A DNA stretch of 64,000 bases from an uncultured Candidatus Rokubacteria bacterium (GCA_963805625.1 CAWDVE010000024.1:32001-96000); one strand, 5' to 3'. Numbered from the stretch's first letter, positions 38,701 to 49,569 are shown. Notes: a model not told the origin generated them from the sequence alone. Made by a program: numbers and translations.

Positions 38701-41521
38701 CCGCATCGACGAGCCGGAGGATCGAGGGATCGTCCGACAGCTCCTCCGCGCGCACGAGTACTGGCGCCTGAAGGGGCTCGCGGTCGATCTGGTCATCCTG
38801 AACGAGCGGGCGCATTCCTACACGGAGGAGCTCCAGGCGTCGCTGGAGGCGCTGGTCCGGACGAGCCAGTCGGCATCGCGGCACGAGGGGCACGAGATAC
38901 ACGGGAAGGTCTTCATCCTGCGGAAGGACCTGCTCAAGGCGCCCGAGCGCGATGCCCTGCAGACGGCCGCTCGAGCCATCCTCCTGAGTCGGCACGGCAC
39001 GCTCGCCGAGCAACTCGCGCGGGCCACAATCACTCCGAGCCCGGCCACCCCGCCCCGCCGCCGCCCGGCCAGAACCCCATCCTCTGCCGACGCGCCGCCG
39101 GCCCGCCCGGAGTTCGAGTTCTTTAACGGGCTGGGGGGATTCGTCGACGATGGGCGGGAGTACGTGACCATCCTCGGAGAAGGGCAATGGACGCCCGCGC
39201 CCTGGATCAACGTCATCGCGAATCCCGCGTTCGGCTTCCAGGTCTCCGAGTGCGGGGCCGGCTACACGTGGTCGCGCAACAGCCGGGAGAATCAACTGAC
39301 GGCGTGGTCCAACGATCCCGTCAGCGACCCGCCCGGGGAGACCATCTATGTCCGGGACGAAGAGACCGGTGACCTGTGGGGCCCGACGGCGCTGCCCATC
39401 CGGGAGGACGCGTCGCCCTACGTCGCCCGGCATGGTCAGGGCTACAGCCGCTTCGAGCACACGTCCCATGGCATCTTCCTGAGTCTGCTCCAGTTCGTGC
39501 CGTTGAGCGACCCGGTGAAGATCTCCCGATTGAGGATCGAGAACCGATCCGGCAGGTCCCGGCGTCTATCCGTCACCGCGTACGTCGAATGGGTCCTGGG
39601 AGTCTCGCGAAGCGCGACTGCGCCCGTCATCGTCACCGAGATCGATCCGGGCACGGGTGCGCTGTTCGCGCGCAACCCGTGGAACATCGACTTCGGCGAT
39701 CACGTGGCCTTTGCCGATCTCGGGGGGCGTCAGACCGCGTGGACCGGCGATCGGACGGAGGTCCTGGGCCGGAACGGAACACTCGATCATCCGGCGCTCC
39801 TGGAGCGAGGGGGCCGCCCGTCCGGCCGGGTCGGCGCCGGACTCGACCCCTGCGCGGCCCTGCAGACCGTGATCGAGGTGGCGCCCGGCGGGCGCGAGGA
39901 GATCGTGTTCTTCCTCGGTGGGGCCGCGACGGCCGCCGAGGCGCGCGGGCTGCTCACTCGCTACCGGACAGCGGACCTCGATCTGACGTTGCAGGCCGTG
40001 AAGACTCGGTGGGACGACATCGTCGGCGCCATCCAAGTCAAGACGCCGGATCGCTCCGTGGACATCATGCTCAACCGCTGGCTTCTCTACCAGACGCTCG
40101 CCTGCCGTGTCTGGGCCCGATCCGCCTTCTATCAGGCCGGGGGCGCGTACGGGTTTCGCGACCAGCTGCAGGACGTCATGGCCTTGACCGTCACGAACCG
40201 GGAGGTCGCGCGGGAGCATCTCCTCCGGGCCGCCAGCCGGCAGTTCGTGGAGGGCGACGTGCAGCACTGGTGGCATCCCCCCTCCGGCCGGGGGGTGCGC
40301 ACCCGGATCTCCGACGACGCGATCTGGTTGCCCTACGCTGTCACGCAATACCTCGAGGCGACGGGCGATGCCGGCGTGCTTGACGAGGTCATCCCCTTCC
40401 TCGAAGGGCCCGTCCTCGAGACGGGGCAGCACGAGTCGTACTTCGAGCCCACGGTGTCCGCCGAGCACGGCACCGTGTTCGAGCACTGCGCCCGCGCGCT
40501 CGACCGGAGTCTCGCCATTGGCGTGCACGGCCTGCCTTTGATCGGTACGGGGGACTGGAACGACGGCCTGAACCGCGTCGGCCCCGAGGGGCATGGAGAG
40601 AGCGTGTGGCTCGGCTGGTTCCTGCACACGACCCTCTGGGAGTTCGCGCGGTGGGCCGATGCCCGCGGCGAGCGCGGCCGCGCCGAGAGGTGGCGCGGCC
40701 ACGTCGACATCCTGAAGACCTCGCTCGAAGAACAGGCATGGGACGGGGACTGGTATCGTCGCGCCTTCTTCGACGACGGGACCCCCCTCGGGTCCGTCGT
40801 CAACGCGGAGTGCCGCATCGACTCCATCGCGCAGTCGTGGGGGGTGCTCTCAGGCGCCGCGGAGCCGAAGCGCGCGGCGCGCGCGATGGCGGCCGTCGAG
40901 GAGTATCTCGTGCGGCGAGGGCAGGAGCTGGTCCTCCTGTTCACGCCCCCGTTCGACCGCGCGCCTGTCGACCCCGGCTACATCAAGGGTTACCCGCCAG
41001 GTGTGCGCGAAAACGGCGGCCAGTATACCCATGCCGCGATCTGGTCGGTGATGGCGTTCGCGGCGCTCGGTGACGGCGACAAGGCCAACGAGCTCTTCTC
41101 GATCCTGAACCCGATCAACCGCGCGAGCACGAGGGCGGGAGTCCACCGGTACAAGGTGGAGCCCTACGTGGCGGCCGCCGACGTCTATGCCGAGGCCCCG
41201 CATGTCGGCCGCGGAGGCTGGACGTGGTATACGGGCTCCGCGGGCTGGATGTACCGTGCGGGGATCGAGTGGCTCCTCGGGTTCCGGCTGCGTGGCGCGG
41301 TGCTTCACCTGGACCCCTGCATCCCGCGCGCGTGGCGACGCTTCGAGATCGCGTTCCGCTACCACGGGTCGCGCTATGAGATTACGGTCGAAAACCCCCG
41401 TGGGGTGTCGCGGGGCATTGCCCAGATCGAGGTCGATGGCCGTTTGCTGGCGTCCGGTAGCGCGAGCCTTCCCTTGACCGCGGATGGCGCGACACATCAA
41501 GTGCGCGCCATCCTGGGGTGA
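32711..41521 (+). CDS. ndvB: cyclic beta-1,2-glucan synthase (Cgs/NdvB/ChvB-type: GT84, central hydrolase-like domain, GH94 phosphorylase)
   Basis: PAAEWFVDNF, WMGWERKRGKL, YVITLDADT, LLSHDLFEG, RWARGDWQL, SWSGSMFEYLMP, PWGISES, QAGGAYGFRDQLQD, GDWNDG and RENGGQYTHA; about 2,936 aa. Confidence 0.95.
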   Translation: MPGLKASALFRDLGSRAFSSGSLPDSQDPIRAELFSAERLEQHAESVAAQRVHVEGGRGRPLSPRVRDSGRVLLRCYREVAAVIREEGAITPAAEWFVDNFHIVEDVLREVREDLPPGFYRRLPKLAEGPLEGYPRVLGLAWPFVAHSDSRFEPETLQRFVQRFQHVQVLTIGELWAVPIALRLVLLENLRRLAEQIVNGRAARRDADALANELLGLGGEPARRLAFRRLEAAALPMAFTVQLVQRLREQDPESTPALAWLSEQLAGLGTSPEELVRQEHQRQAAMNVTVRNVITSMRTMSTFDWAEFFESVSLVDAALRAGSDFGAMDFKTRDRYRHAIEDLARGSRRTDIDVAQEAIARANRAASEREPAGTPAESRVEDPGYYLISKGRRGFEREIGYRVPLTQWLLRAYVGGATPGYLGTIGVIAGLLVVVPLVATHAAGVSPVVLVLLGLAALIPASDLAVALINRFVTELLGPRALPRLELAEGIPPALRTLVVMPTLLVSDAEIEEQVNRLELHYLANLEGAIHFALLSDWIDAPAETMPADDRLLETAIEGIARLNRRHGPAPDAGARFLLFHRRRLWNDSEGRWMGWERKRGKLQELNQLLLGHDGTTFMGSRLDVPPSVRYVITLDADTRLPRGAAIRLVGTMAHPLNRPVFDARVGRVVEGYAVLQPRVTPTMPTDRDTSLFQWLTAGPAGIDPYAAAISDVYQDLFGGGSYTGKGIYDVEAFAGALEGRVPENALLSHDLFEGIFARTGLVTDIELFEEFPTDYEVAAARQHRWARGDWQLLPWIVRGAAGAGAHRSSIPPIDQWKMVDNLRRTLSAPAAWLTLATGWTLPDRLPLVWTTFVLATIAIPALLPAFAEAIPRRAGISKRTHIRAVGRSFALAASQIALWITFMAHQAWLMGDAIGRTLVRVYGTHRRLLEWMTAAQAKLGLSLTLAGAYRRMHGAPILAVVAGMLVVLVRPGSWPIALPFLLLWVLSPLIARWVSRPPRVDPTQGLSASDARLLRSTARRTWRFFEAFVGPGDTFLPPDNFQEDPAPVLAHRTSPTNIGLYLGAIVAARDLGWLGMLETVDRLEATLTTMGRLERFRGHFYNWYETTDLRPLEPRYVSTVDSGNLASQLLVLGNACRGALERPLLDHEAFAGIEDAVLLVREAANALVDDRRTQTVRLGHLDQACEALVMMLRDPPRPAADWVVRLGQLAGQADALVDITRTLTAERGDGEDSDVLVWAQATRATIASHTRDLDRQMPWASRLEAVVADLPPASREAAIASRALCSSFPTLAALADLCECAVSELTAMLDGGPRAGSARGGRVEHVHELIGQLEGAAVASRALVERLSAIARVTKQLFDAMDFGFLFHSARKIFSIGYRVTEGSLDPSAYDLLASEARLASFIAIANGGAPTSHWFHLGRPMTPVGLGAALVSWSGSMFEYLMPALVMQAPPGSLLQRTYRLVVQRQIGYGAEHGIPWGISESAYNVRDLDLTYQYSNFGVPGLGLERGLSEDLVVAPYATALAAMIDPSAAARNFTRLIAVGGRGFYGFYEALDYTPSRLPAGTTVAIVRAYMAHHQGMTLIALANVLRDGVVRARFHGEPIIQATELLLQERVPRDVAVARPRAEEVQAPAHVREFVEPSFRQFTSPHDPTPRTHLLSNGRYTVMLTTAGSGYSRCAELAVTRWREDVTRDHWGTYLFLRDVQSGAVWSAGYQPTGVEPDDYRATFSEDRAELYRRDGAITTTLEVLVSPEADAELRRVSVMNLGGQTREIELTSYAELVLAPPAADTAHQAFSSLFVQTEWVADLGALLATRRGRSATDPAIWAAHIVVVEGQSGGGTQYETDRGRFLGRGRGVRTPMSVVDGRPLSNTTGSVLDPIFSLRRRVRLAPGESARLIFSTFVGPSREAALALADKYRDPATFERTVTLAWTRAQIQLHHLGVRADEARLFQDLAGRILYADATLRPAAVMLRQNASGPAALWAHGISGDLPIVLVRIDEPEDRGIVRQLLRAHEYWRLKGLAVDLVILNERAHSYTEELQASLEALVRTSQSASRHEGHEIHGKVFILRKDLLKAPERDALQTAARAILLSRHGTLAEQLARATITPSPATPPRRRPARTPSSADAPPARPEFEFFNGLGGFVDDGREYVTILGEGQWTPAPWINVIANPAFGFQVSECGAGYTWSRNSRENQLTAWSNDPVSDPPGETIYVRDEETGDLWGPTALPIREDASPYVARHGQGYSRFEHTSHGIFLSLLQFVPLSDPVKISRLRIENRSGRSRRLSVTAYVEWVLGVSRSATAPVIVTEIDPGTGALFARNPWNIDFGDHVAFADLGGRQTAWTGDRTEVLGRNGTLDHPALLERGGRPSGRVGAGLDPCAALQTVIEVAPGGREEIVFFLGGAATAAEARGLLTRYRTADLDLTLQAVKTRWDDIVGAIQVKTPDRSVDIMLNRWLLYQTLACRVWARSAFYQAGGAYGFRDQLQDVMALTVTNREVAREHLLRAASRQFVEGDVQHWWHPPSGRGVRTRISDDAIWLPYAVTQYLEATGDAGVLDEVIPFLEGPVLETGQHESYFEPTVSAEHGTVFEHCARALDRSLAIGVHGLPLIGTGDWNDGLNRVGPEGHGESVWLGWFLHTTLWEFARWADARGERGRAERWRGHVDILKTSLEEQAWDGDWYRRAFFDDGTPLGSVVNAECRIDSIAQSWGVLSGAAEPKRAARAMAAVEEYLVRRGQELVLLFTPPFDRAPVDPGYIKGYPPGVRENGGQYTHAAIWSVMAFAALGDGDKANELFSILNPINRASTRAGVHRYKVEPYVAAADVYAEAPHVGRGGWTWYTGSAGWMYRAGIEWLLGFRLRGAVLHLDPCIPRAWRRFEIAFRYHGSRYEITVENPRGVSRGIAQIEVDGRLLASGSASLPLTADGATHQVRAILG

Positions 41522-41887
41522 CGGCCGCTCCGGAGCGCTGCGGCGCCCGGCCAGAGTTCACAGAGGTTCCCATCGCGCGGCCCTCCTCGCGGAGGCTGGA
41601 GCCGCTGCCCGGCGCGTCGTCCAGCATACGGAAGCGGCGTTCAGCCGCGTTCCGCGGCCCTTGGCTCACCGACGATGAGGCGGGTCCAGTCGGGCCACTC
41701 GGTCCCGCAGTCGCCGACGACCTCCCCGGAGAGGTCTCTCGTGGCCAGACGGGACACCCGGTCTCGTGGCGACTCAGCCGTTGGCGCGCGCGCGGCGTTT
41801 CTGCTCCTTCTTCTTCAGGGCGGCGCGCATGCGTGCGGTCTTCCGACGTCTCGGGGCGCGTTTTTGGGCTGGCATCACAGTTTCCTC

Positions 41888-42145
41888 TCAGTGTGAACCG
41901 TTCGTAGCGCGTTGACGTGGGGCGCCTGCTGATGACGGCTTCAGACCGAAATGCCGAAGGGCCTGTTCGATGGCTTCGCGCTTTTCGGGCGGTAATGGCG
42001 TGACGCGACGACCCCGCCCGGCGCGGTTCGGCGCTTGGCGCGTCGACAGACCCCAAACAACCTTGACATGATTGATCCATGCGGGCTTCGGGATGAAGCC
42101 GTGGTTACGCTGAACGAACTTCTGTATCTCACTGTAGGTCGGCAT
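41888..42145 (-). CDS. small conserved protein resembling the C-terminal extension seen on some RlmD-type RNA methyltransferases
   Basis: TYSEIQKFV...GF...WINHVK...GL...PPEKREAIEQALRHFG; GAGGGG RBS. Family link is from recall. Confidence 0.65.
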   Translation of the reverse strand: MPTYSEIQKFVQRNHGFIPKPAWINHVKVVWGLSTRQAPNRAGRGRRVTPLPPEKREAIEQALRHFGLKPSSAGAPRQRATNGSH

Positions 42146-42265
42146 GCACCCCTCCTTGTCGCCAACCCGCTTGATTTTCGCCCAGTTCGCCTGTCGGTGC
42201 GGCGAGGGCGTAAATTCGTCCGGACAGATCCGGCCGACCAGGGCGCTCGCGAGGGCCGGCTACGG

Positions 42266-42679
42266 TCATTCCTTCGTCGCCAGGATCGCCACCGCAGCAA
42301 CGAGCTCGCCGACGTTCACCGGTTTGGCGAGACAGAACTGGAATCCAACACGCAACACCTCCGCACGATCTTGAGCGGCTGCGAGGCCCGTGACCAGGGC
42401 GGCAGGCGTTCGCCCCCCATGTTCCGGTGAGAGGGCCCGGACCTGGCGAATCAAACTGAACCCGTCTGCTTCGGGCATGGTCAGGTCCGTCAGGAGCACA
42501 TCGGGCCGCTCCAGCGGCAGCACGCGAAGTGCCTCGGCTGCCGACGAGACGCTTGTCACCGTGGCCCCATGGGCTTCGAGTATCGTTGTCATAAGCGCGC
42601 GAAGAAGGACGTTGTCGTCGACGACCAGGACGTGCACGGCTGCGAGCGAGGGGGCAGGCGCCCCATTTTGCTCGCTCAT
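42266..42679 (-). CDS. single-domain response regulator (receiver)
   Basis: VLVVDD, LLTDLTMPEADG and LAKP. Confidence 0.9.
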   Translation of the reverse strand: MSEQNGAPAPSLAAVHVLVVDDNVLLRALMTTILEAHGATVTSVSSAAEALRVLPLERPDVLLTDLTMPEADGFSLIRQVRALSPEHGGRTPAALVTGLAAAQDRAEVLRVGFQFCLAKPVNVGELVAAVAILATKE

Positions 42680-43101
42680 GATGCCCGTCCTGCTGCGCAC
42701 GTGGCCAGAGCGTGGCGCGCGGCATCGGCGACCTGGCCGGCGATGTCGGGCTGTCCGACCACGATGAGATGCCCGTCGGCGGCGGTCAACATCGTCTCCA
42801 GTGCGTCCTTGTGGGTAGTCGTCAAGATCCATCCACACCGTTGGAGCACGTCCACATGTTGCAGGAGCCGAAGGAAGTTGAGAGCCCGTCCGTCCGGTCG
42901 CGGGAGATCCACGAGGATCACGTCCGCGGCGATTTCGGACATCCAGGCGATGAGGTCCAGGGCGCCCATCTGCACGTCGGTGACGTGGGCTGCGGCGGTC
43001 CGAAACCCTCCCTCGTCGAGGGCCTGTTGTAGTCGCGCGATTACATCCTCGGACGAATTCAGGAGCGCGACCATGGCTTTGGGAGGAGGTGGAGTGGCCA
43101 C
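42676..43101 (-). CDS. atypical receiver-like protein
   Basis: VALLNSSED, VILVDLPRP and ILTTTH; lacks the acidic pair and conserved Lys; ATGA overlap with the downstream gene. Confidence 0.65.
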   Translation of the reverse strand: MATPPPPKAMVALLNSSEDVIARLQQALDEGGFRTAAAHVTDVQMGALDLIAWMSEIAADVILVDLPRPDGRALNFLRLLQHVDVLQRCGWILTTTHKDALETMLTAADGHLIVVGQPDIAGQVADAARHALATCAAGRAS

Positions 43102-43413
43102 AGGCTTACCCGTACTCTCTCTGGCGAAAACGCACCAAGATCCGTCTCGATCGCCGGTCGCCTTGGTTCTCTGCGGGCGACCAGACTATGGGGCGTTCGA
43201 CCTGTTCTATTGTGGAGGGACGGTCGCTGGGTCCACGGCCGAGGAGCCCTCTCATGGACCGTGATGCGGGGAACGGTGCGGCCTGCGGAGGGCCACCCGG
43301 CCATCGTCACGGGGTGTGCCGGCGTCTCCCTGCCCCGTGACCCCTCGTGCCTGGCGTGTCGGATTGTAGCCGCGCCGCCAGAGCAGCTCCGCCTCCGCCG
43401 GCGCGATCGTTAT

Positions 43414-43437
43414 ACTGCACTAGTACGGTGACACAGC
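43414..43437. promoter_or_regulatory. degenerate copy D of the 24-bp operator
   Basis: ACTGCA-CTAGTACGGTGA-CACAGC, same spacing as the other sites; adjacent minus-strand TATAAC at 43409-43414. Confidence 0.45.
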
Positions 43438-43730
43438 GTCGTTGCTCTCGTCAAGTACCGAGCTCCAATCGAGCGCGGCGGGCTTCCTCGAAGCTGGACG
43501 TTGCCCACGGAACGAGGCTCCGGCCAGAAGCGCACTCGCTGTGAGGCCTGGAGGATTCGAGCGAGGACGGGCTGTCGTGCATGTGTGAAGGATGCCCTGC
43601 CGGGGTGCAGTGTTCCACCCACCCGGGCTCTCACGCGACCACGGCCTCCGAAGAGAACTCCTCGGAGGCCGTTCCATCGTGGACGACCGCGGTCAGCCGG
43701 TGTCGGCCGACCACCTCGGGTCCGGAAGAC

Positions 43731-45416
<1,686 letters not shown>

Positions 45417-45749
45417 TCACGCGCTGAGGATGCCGAGAACGTCCTCCTCCTTCATGATCAGATACTCCTTGCCGTTGAGCTTCACCTCGCTGCCGGAGTA
45501 CTTGCCGAACAGGATGCGGTCCCCCGTCTTGACGTCGAGCGGGAGCTTCTTGCCGTCGTCGGTCACCTTGCCGTTGCCGGCCGCGATGACCTTACCCTCC
45601 TGGGGCTTCTCCTTGGCGCTGTCCGGGATGATGATGCTCCCGTGCTTCTCTTCCCCCTCCTCGAGCCGCTTGACGAGCAGGCGGTCATGGAGCGGGCGCA
45701 GTGAGATCTTCGTTACCTGGGTCATTGGAGCTTTCGCTACCTGAGGCAT
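45417..45749 (-). CDS. groS: co-chaperonin GroES
   Basis: [26 protein letters not shown] and KYSGSEVK. Confidence 0.98.
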   Translation of the reverse strand: MPQVAKAPMTQVTKISLRPLHDRLLVKRLEEGEEKHGSIIIPDSAKEKPQEGKVIAAGNGKVTDDGKKLPLDVKTGDRILFGKYSGSEVKLNGKEYLIMKEEDVLGILSA

Positions 45750-45807
45750 GGTTCGGGTACCCCCCTCTTCGGGTGTGTGTGAGCGCGGCGGGTCGTACAG
45801 CGGTCTT

Positions 45808-45831
45808 AGTGTACCACTAAACTAGTACAGT
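45808..45831. promoter_or_regulatory. operator B overlapping the extended -10 of the groES promoter
   Basis: AGTGTA-CCACTAAACTAG-TACAGT; the minus strand reads TGG-TACACT (TGn-TAxxxT), about 60 bp upstream of groES. Confidence 0.78.
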
Positions 45832-46192
45832 AGTACGATAGATCCCCGGAGCGGTGGGCGCACCCGCCAGCACGAGGCCGACCGGGGCGCGGGACTCCCC
45901 GCCGGAGCCTCACCTGCAAGTCGCTGCCGGAACGGGGGGATGGGGCCGATTCCTCGAGGCTCCGGGGCTCCCGCGAACGCGCTTGGCTTCAGCGACGGGG
46001 TGCGCCGGTGTCCAGGCAGGCGAGGGAGCTGAACTCGACGTGGCGCAGGCCAAGGCGATGCCTTCCAGGCCCACGGACTGCCGGCTAGGGGTAGGCCCTG
46101 ACGGGGCCGGAGCCTATCAGGCCGGCTGGGCAGGTATCGGGGGTCAGCCGGACAGGAGAGGGGCGGCGGGGCTAGATGGCTACTATTGCTCT

Positions 46193-46216
46193 AGTGTACT
46201 ATTATAGTAGTACAGT
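46193..46216. promoter_or_regulatory. operator C upstream of the GntR relic
   Basis: AGTGTA-CTATTATAGTAG-TACAGT followed by AGGAGA and an ATG at 46228. Confidence 0.78.
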
Positions 46217-46227
46217 AGGAGAACCCA

Positions 46228-46420
46228 ATGGACCCGACCCGCCCTGGATGCGCATATTCCCGATCCCGTGTGGCCGAGTCGCGTATGAGTGTCATCGCAG
46301 GTGAGAGCCTCCGACGGGGTCCATCGTTGGCGAGTACCCGGGAGCGTTCCGACTCTTCGGGGGTGACTTCAAGTGCGGTGACGCGCGCCATCGAGGATCT
46401 CAAGGGAAGCGGATATCGGC
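46228..46420 (+). pseudogene. degenerate GntR wHTH relic
   Basis: SLASTRERSDSSGVTSSAVTRAIEDLKGSGY aligns with SLPSIRELAGFLGINPNTVARAIEDLKRSGH of 29437; DNA cgcgcgc(c/t)atcgaggatctcaag is shared. Confidence 0.75.
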
Positions 46421-47148
46421 CGCTCCACCGCGATCCGACGGGACCACAGCGCGCGTCCATTTCCGGGTACGTCGCGAGGCCCGCGTCAGGGGACGGATGC
46501 CGATCCGGTGGGAGGGCGCTCGGACTGATCGCGGCGAGTCATGTCATACCGGCGGATGCGGGCCGGATCGAAGCGGGAGTGAGGTCATGACGTTGAAGAT
46601 GAGATGGGAGACCAGAATGAGTGACGAATTCGGTGCGACGAGCACGGCCACGCGGCTGCCCCACGCCGAGCGGGTGCGGGAGAGCGTCCCTGACGTGTGC
46701 CGTTGGCCCACGATGGCGATCCGGGACATGACGATGGTTGACGCCGACGCCGCCCTAGGCGCGGATCCTCTGTTCCACGTTGGCTCCGACCGCCACCTCG
46801 GCCGGGTCGACGTGCGCTATTGGTACTTTCGCCCGGAGCTCAAGTACTTGACGTGCCGCGCGTGCTCCGACGGCGGCGATCCGTCGCCCATCCTGCCCGC
46901 GGCAGTTGGCTGCCGGCATCGGATCCCCACGAACTGAATGCTCGTGCCTATCCACCTCTTCGATCGTGGGGTCCCGAACGCAGGCGAGGGCGGCGCCAAC
47001 CTGGACAGATCTGTCTGAGCTGACCTCATACGTGAGGGCGACCCTGGCAACACACCGCGGGTTTCCCTGCTCGGCCGGGGCATGGCGGTGGCATGGCCGA
47101 TACACTGCGCCGTCGGGCGACGAGAATCAGTGTCGTGCCTGTCCGCCG

Positions 47149-47166
47149 GAGAGAGAGAGAGAGAGA
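47149..47166 (+). repeat. (GA)9 microsatellite
   Basis: gagagagagagagagaga read directly from the sequence. Confidence 0.9.
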
Positions 47167-47217
47167 AAGAAAGCTGGAGATGCGCTTCCCGCGAGCGCGT
47201 GATTTTAGTGCCCCACC

Positions 47218-47451
47218 ATGTCCGAGCCGGTTCTCATTCGGCTGGCTCGCCCCCGCGGGTTGACCCGAGTGACGCCGGACTACTTCGTGCAGTGCGACCA
47301 GACTGACTGCCAGTACGTCGAGACGAATGCTCTCCCGTGCCCCCTACGCGCTGACATGTTTCGTGACGACATCACCCGGATGAGATGGCGCGAGCGGCCT
47401 TGCGCGAGAGCTGGTCGGAGGATGCGCGGTAGCCGACGGGCGCGCGGATAG
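47218..47451 (+). CDS. small Cys-rich hypothetical protein
   Basis: [22 protein letters not shown]; weak RBS. Confidence 0.45.
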   Translation: MSEPVLIRLARPRGLTRVTPDYFVQCDQTDCQYVETNALPCPLRADMFRDDITRMRWRERPCARAGRRMRGSRRARG

Positions 47452-47722
47452 CGTGACACCAGCGCTGGGGCGCGGCCGCAATCGGGGCGGGTGGGCAAGA
47501 CGTCAGGCCCGCCAGTCGTCGAACTCCTCCGTGGCGAGAGTGGCAGGAACGCCTGCCACGGCGCGCAGTTCCTGGGTGTCGGACGCCACGAGGTCGCGAC
47601 GGAGCGTCCTGATCGGTAGTATGGAAACGGCGGCCGCGGTCGGCTCGCCACGATCGGCGGGGGCCGCCGACACGTGCTTGCGAGCGTTTTGGCCGTCCGG
47701 CGACCGCCAAGGAGGGTACTCC

Positions 47723-48565
47723 ATGAGCACGATCACGACGAAGGACGGCGCGCAGATCTACTACAAGGACTGGGGTAGCGGGCAGCCAATCGTGTTCAGT
47801 CACGGCTGGCCGCTCAGCGCTGAGGACTGGGACGCCCAGATGATCTTCTTCGCGTCGCGCGGTTTTCGATGCATTGCGCACGACCGCCGGGGTCACGGGC
47901 GATCGACCCAGACGTGGGACGGCAACGAGATGGACACGTATGCCGACGATCTCGTCACCCTCGCCGAGAAGCTCGACCTGAAGAATGCGATTCACGTCGG
48001 TCACTCGACGGGCGGCGGCGAGGTCGCACGGTACATCGGCCGTCACGGCGCCGGCCGCGCGAAGGGCCGCGTCGCCAAGGCCGTCCTGGTGGGCGCCGTG
48101 CCCCCGCTCATGGTCAAGACGGCCGCCAATCCCGGCGGGCTGCCCCTCGCCGTCTTCGACGGGTTTCGCGCGACGCTGCTGGCCGATCGGGCGCAATTCT
48201 TCAGGGACATCCCCGCGGGTCCGTTCTACGGCTTCAGTCGTCCCGGCGCGAAGGTGTCGCAAGGCATCATCGACAACTGGTGGCGCCAGGGCATGATGTC
48301 GGGCGTCAAAGCCGCCTACGACTGCATCAAGGCCTTCAGCGAGACCGATTTCACCGAGGACCTCAGGAAGATCGACGTCCCCACGCTGATCATGCACGGC
48401 GACGACGACCAGATCGTTCCCATCGGCGCCAGCGCGATGCTCTCGAGCAAGCTGGTACGGAACGCGCAGCTCAAGGTCTACAAGGGCTTGCCTCACGGCA
48501 TGTGCACGACTCACCATGACGTGATCAACGCGGACCTGCTGTCGTTCCTCAAGGCCCAGTTGTAG
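47723..48565 (+). CDS. cpo: non-heme chloroperoxidase / perhydrolase (alpha/beta hydrolase)
   Basis: [24 protein letters not shown] and HGDDDQIVP; AGGAGG RBS. Confidence 0.93.
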   Translation: MSTITTKDGAQIYYKDWGSGQPIVFSHGWPLSAEDWDAQMIFFASRGFRCIAHDRRGHGRSTQTWDGNEMDTYADDLVTLAEKLDLKNAIHVGHSTGGGEVARYIGRHGAGRAKGRVAKAVLVGAVPPLMVKTAANPGGLPLAVFDGFRATLLADRAQFFRDIPAGPFYGFSRPGAKVSQGIIDNWWRQGMMSGVKAAYDCIKAFSETDFTEDLRKIDVPTLIMHGDDDQIVPIGASAMLSSKLVRNAQLKVYKGLPHGMCTTHHDVINADLLSFLKAQL

Positions 48566-48591
48566 TAGGAAGGGGACACAGACCGCTCGGC

Positions 48592-49569
48592 ATGAACCTG
48601 ACCGACAGCGTGGAGCTGCTCGAACGATACAGCGCGATCATCCTGCCGATCCTGGTCGTCGCCGAGCAGGTCGGGATTCCGCTGCCGGCGGTCCCGGCCC
48701 TCCTTGCGGTCGGAGCCCTCGCGGCACAGGGGCGCGTGAGTCTCCTGCTGGTGATTGGCGCGATCGCGCTGGTCGCACTGCCCGTCGATCTCGTCTGGCA
48801 CGAGCTGGGGCGCCGGCGGGGGGCGCGCGTGCTCTCGGGGCTGTGCCGGCTGTCGCTCGAGCCCGATGTGTGCGTGCGGCGGACCGAGAACCTCTTCCTG
48901 CGCCACGGCGTCCGGGCGCTGCTCGTGGCGAAGTTCCTGCCGGGGCTGACGACCGTCATGCCGCCCCTGGCAGGAATCTTCGGCGTCCCGCGCCTCCGGT
49001 TCGCTCTCTACGACCTGGCCGGGGTCGTGCTGTGGGCGGGCCTCTGGGCGGCGATCGGTTACGCCTTCAGCGAGACCATCGAGGTGGTGGCGCTGCGCGT
49101 GAGCGCCCTGGGCCGCACGGCCGGCCTGATGGTGGTCGGCGCCCTCGTCGGCTATGTCCTGCTGAAATACCTGCGCCGCTGGCTCTTTATCCGGCAGCTC
49201 CGGATTGCCCGCATCTCTCCGGAGGAGCTTAAGCGACAGCTCGAGGCCGGGGAGGACGTCGCGATTCTCGACCTCCGCACCGCGCTGGACGTGGCCGCCA
49301 CCCCGTATGCGATTCCGGGCAGCCGCTGGGTCACGGCCGAGGCGCTCGACGAGCACCTGTCGGACATCCCGCGCGATCGCGAGCTTGTCCTCTATTGCTC
49401 CTGACCCAACGAAGCGACGAGCGCCCGGGTGGCGCTTCGGCTCAAGCGGCGCGGGATCACCCGCGTCCGTCCCCTCGCCGGCGGGATGGCGGGGTGGATG
49501 GCCCTGAACTTCCCGGTCCGCGAGCTGGCCGCGCCAGCGATCCCCGCGCTCGATCGGTCGCAGCAGTGA
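48592..49569 (+). CDS. DedA (VTT)-rhodanese fusion, probable selenoprotein (in-frame UGA at 49402-49404)
   Basis: DedA motifs EQVGIPLPA and AKFLPGL; rhodanese LDLR...IPGS...LVLYCS-UGA-PNEATSARVA...VRPLAGG...W continues in frame to TGA 49567-49569. Confidence 0.85.
49418..49439 (+). promoter_or_regulatory. putative bacterial SECIS hairpin
   Basis: CGAGCGCC-CGGGT-GGCGCT(T)CG: 8-bp stem with one bulged U; G-rich loop begins 21 nt after the UGA. Confidence 0.7.

Noticed and set aside
45750-46227. CIRCE/HrcA operator upstream of groES
   Set aside because: No TTAGCACTC-N9-GAGTGCTAA match seen; the palindrome present has a different sequence and spacing.
46497-46937. 146-aa ORF after the GntR relic
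   Set aside because: No recognisable motif or convincing start; may be a decayed fragment, so it was not annotated.
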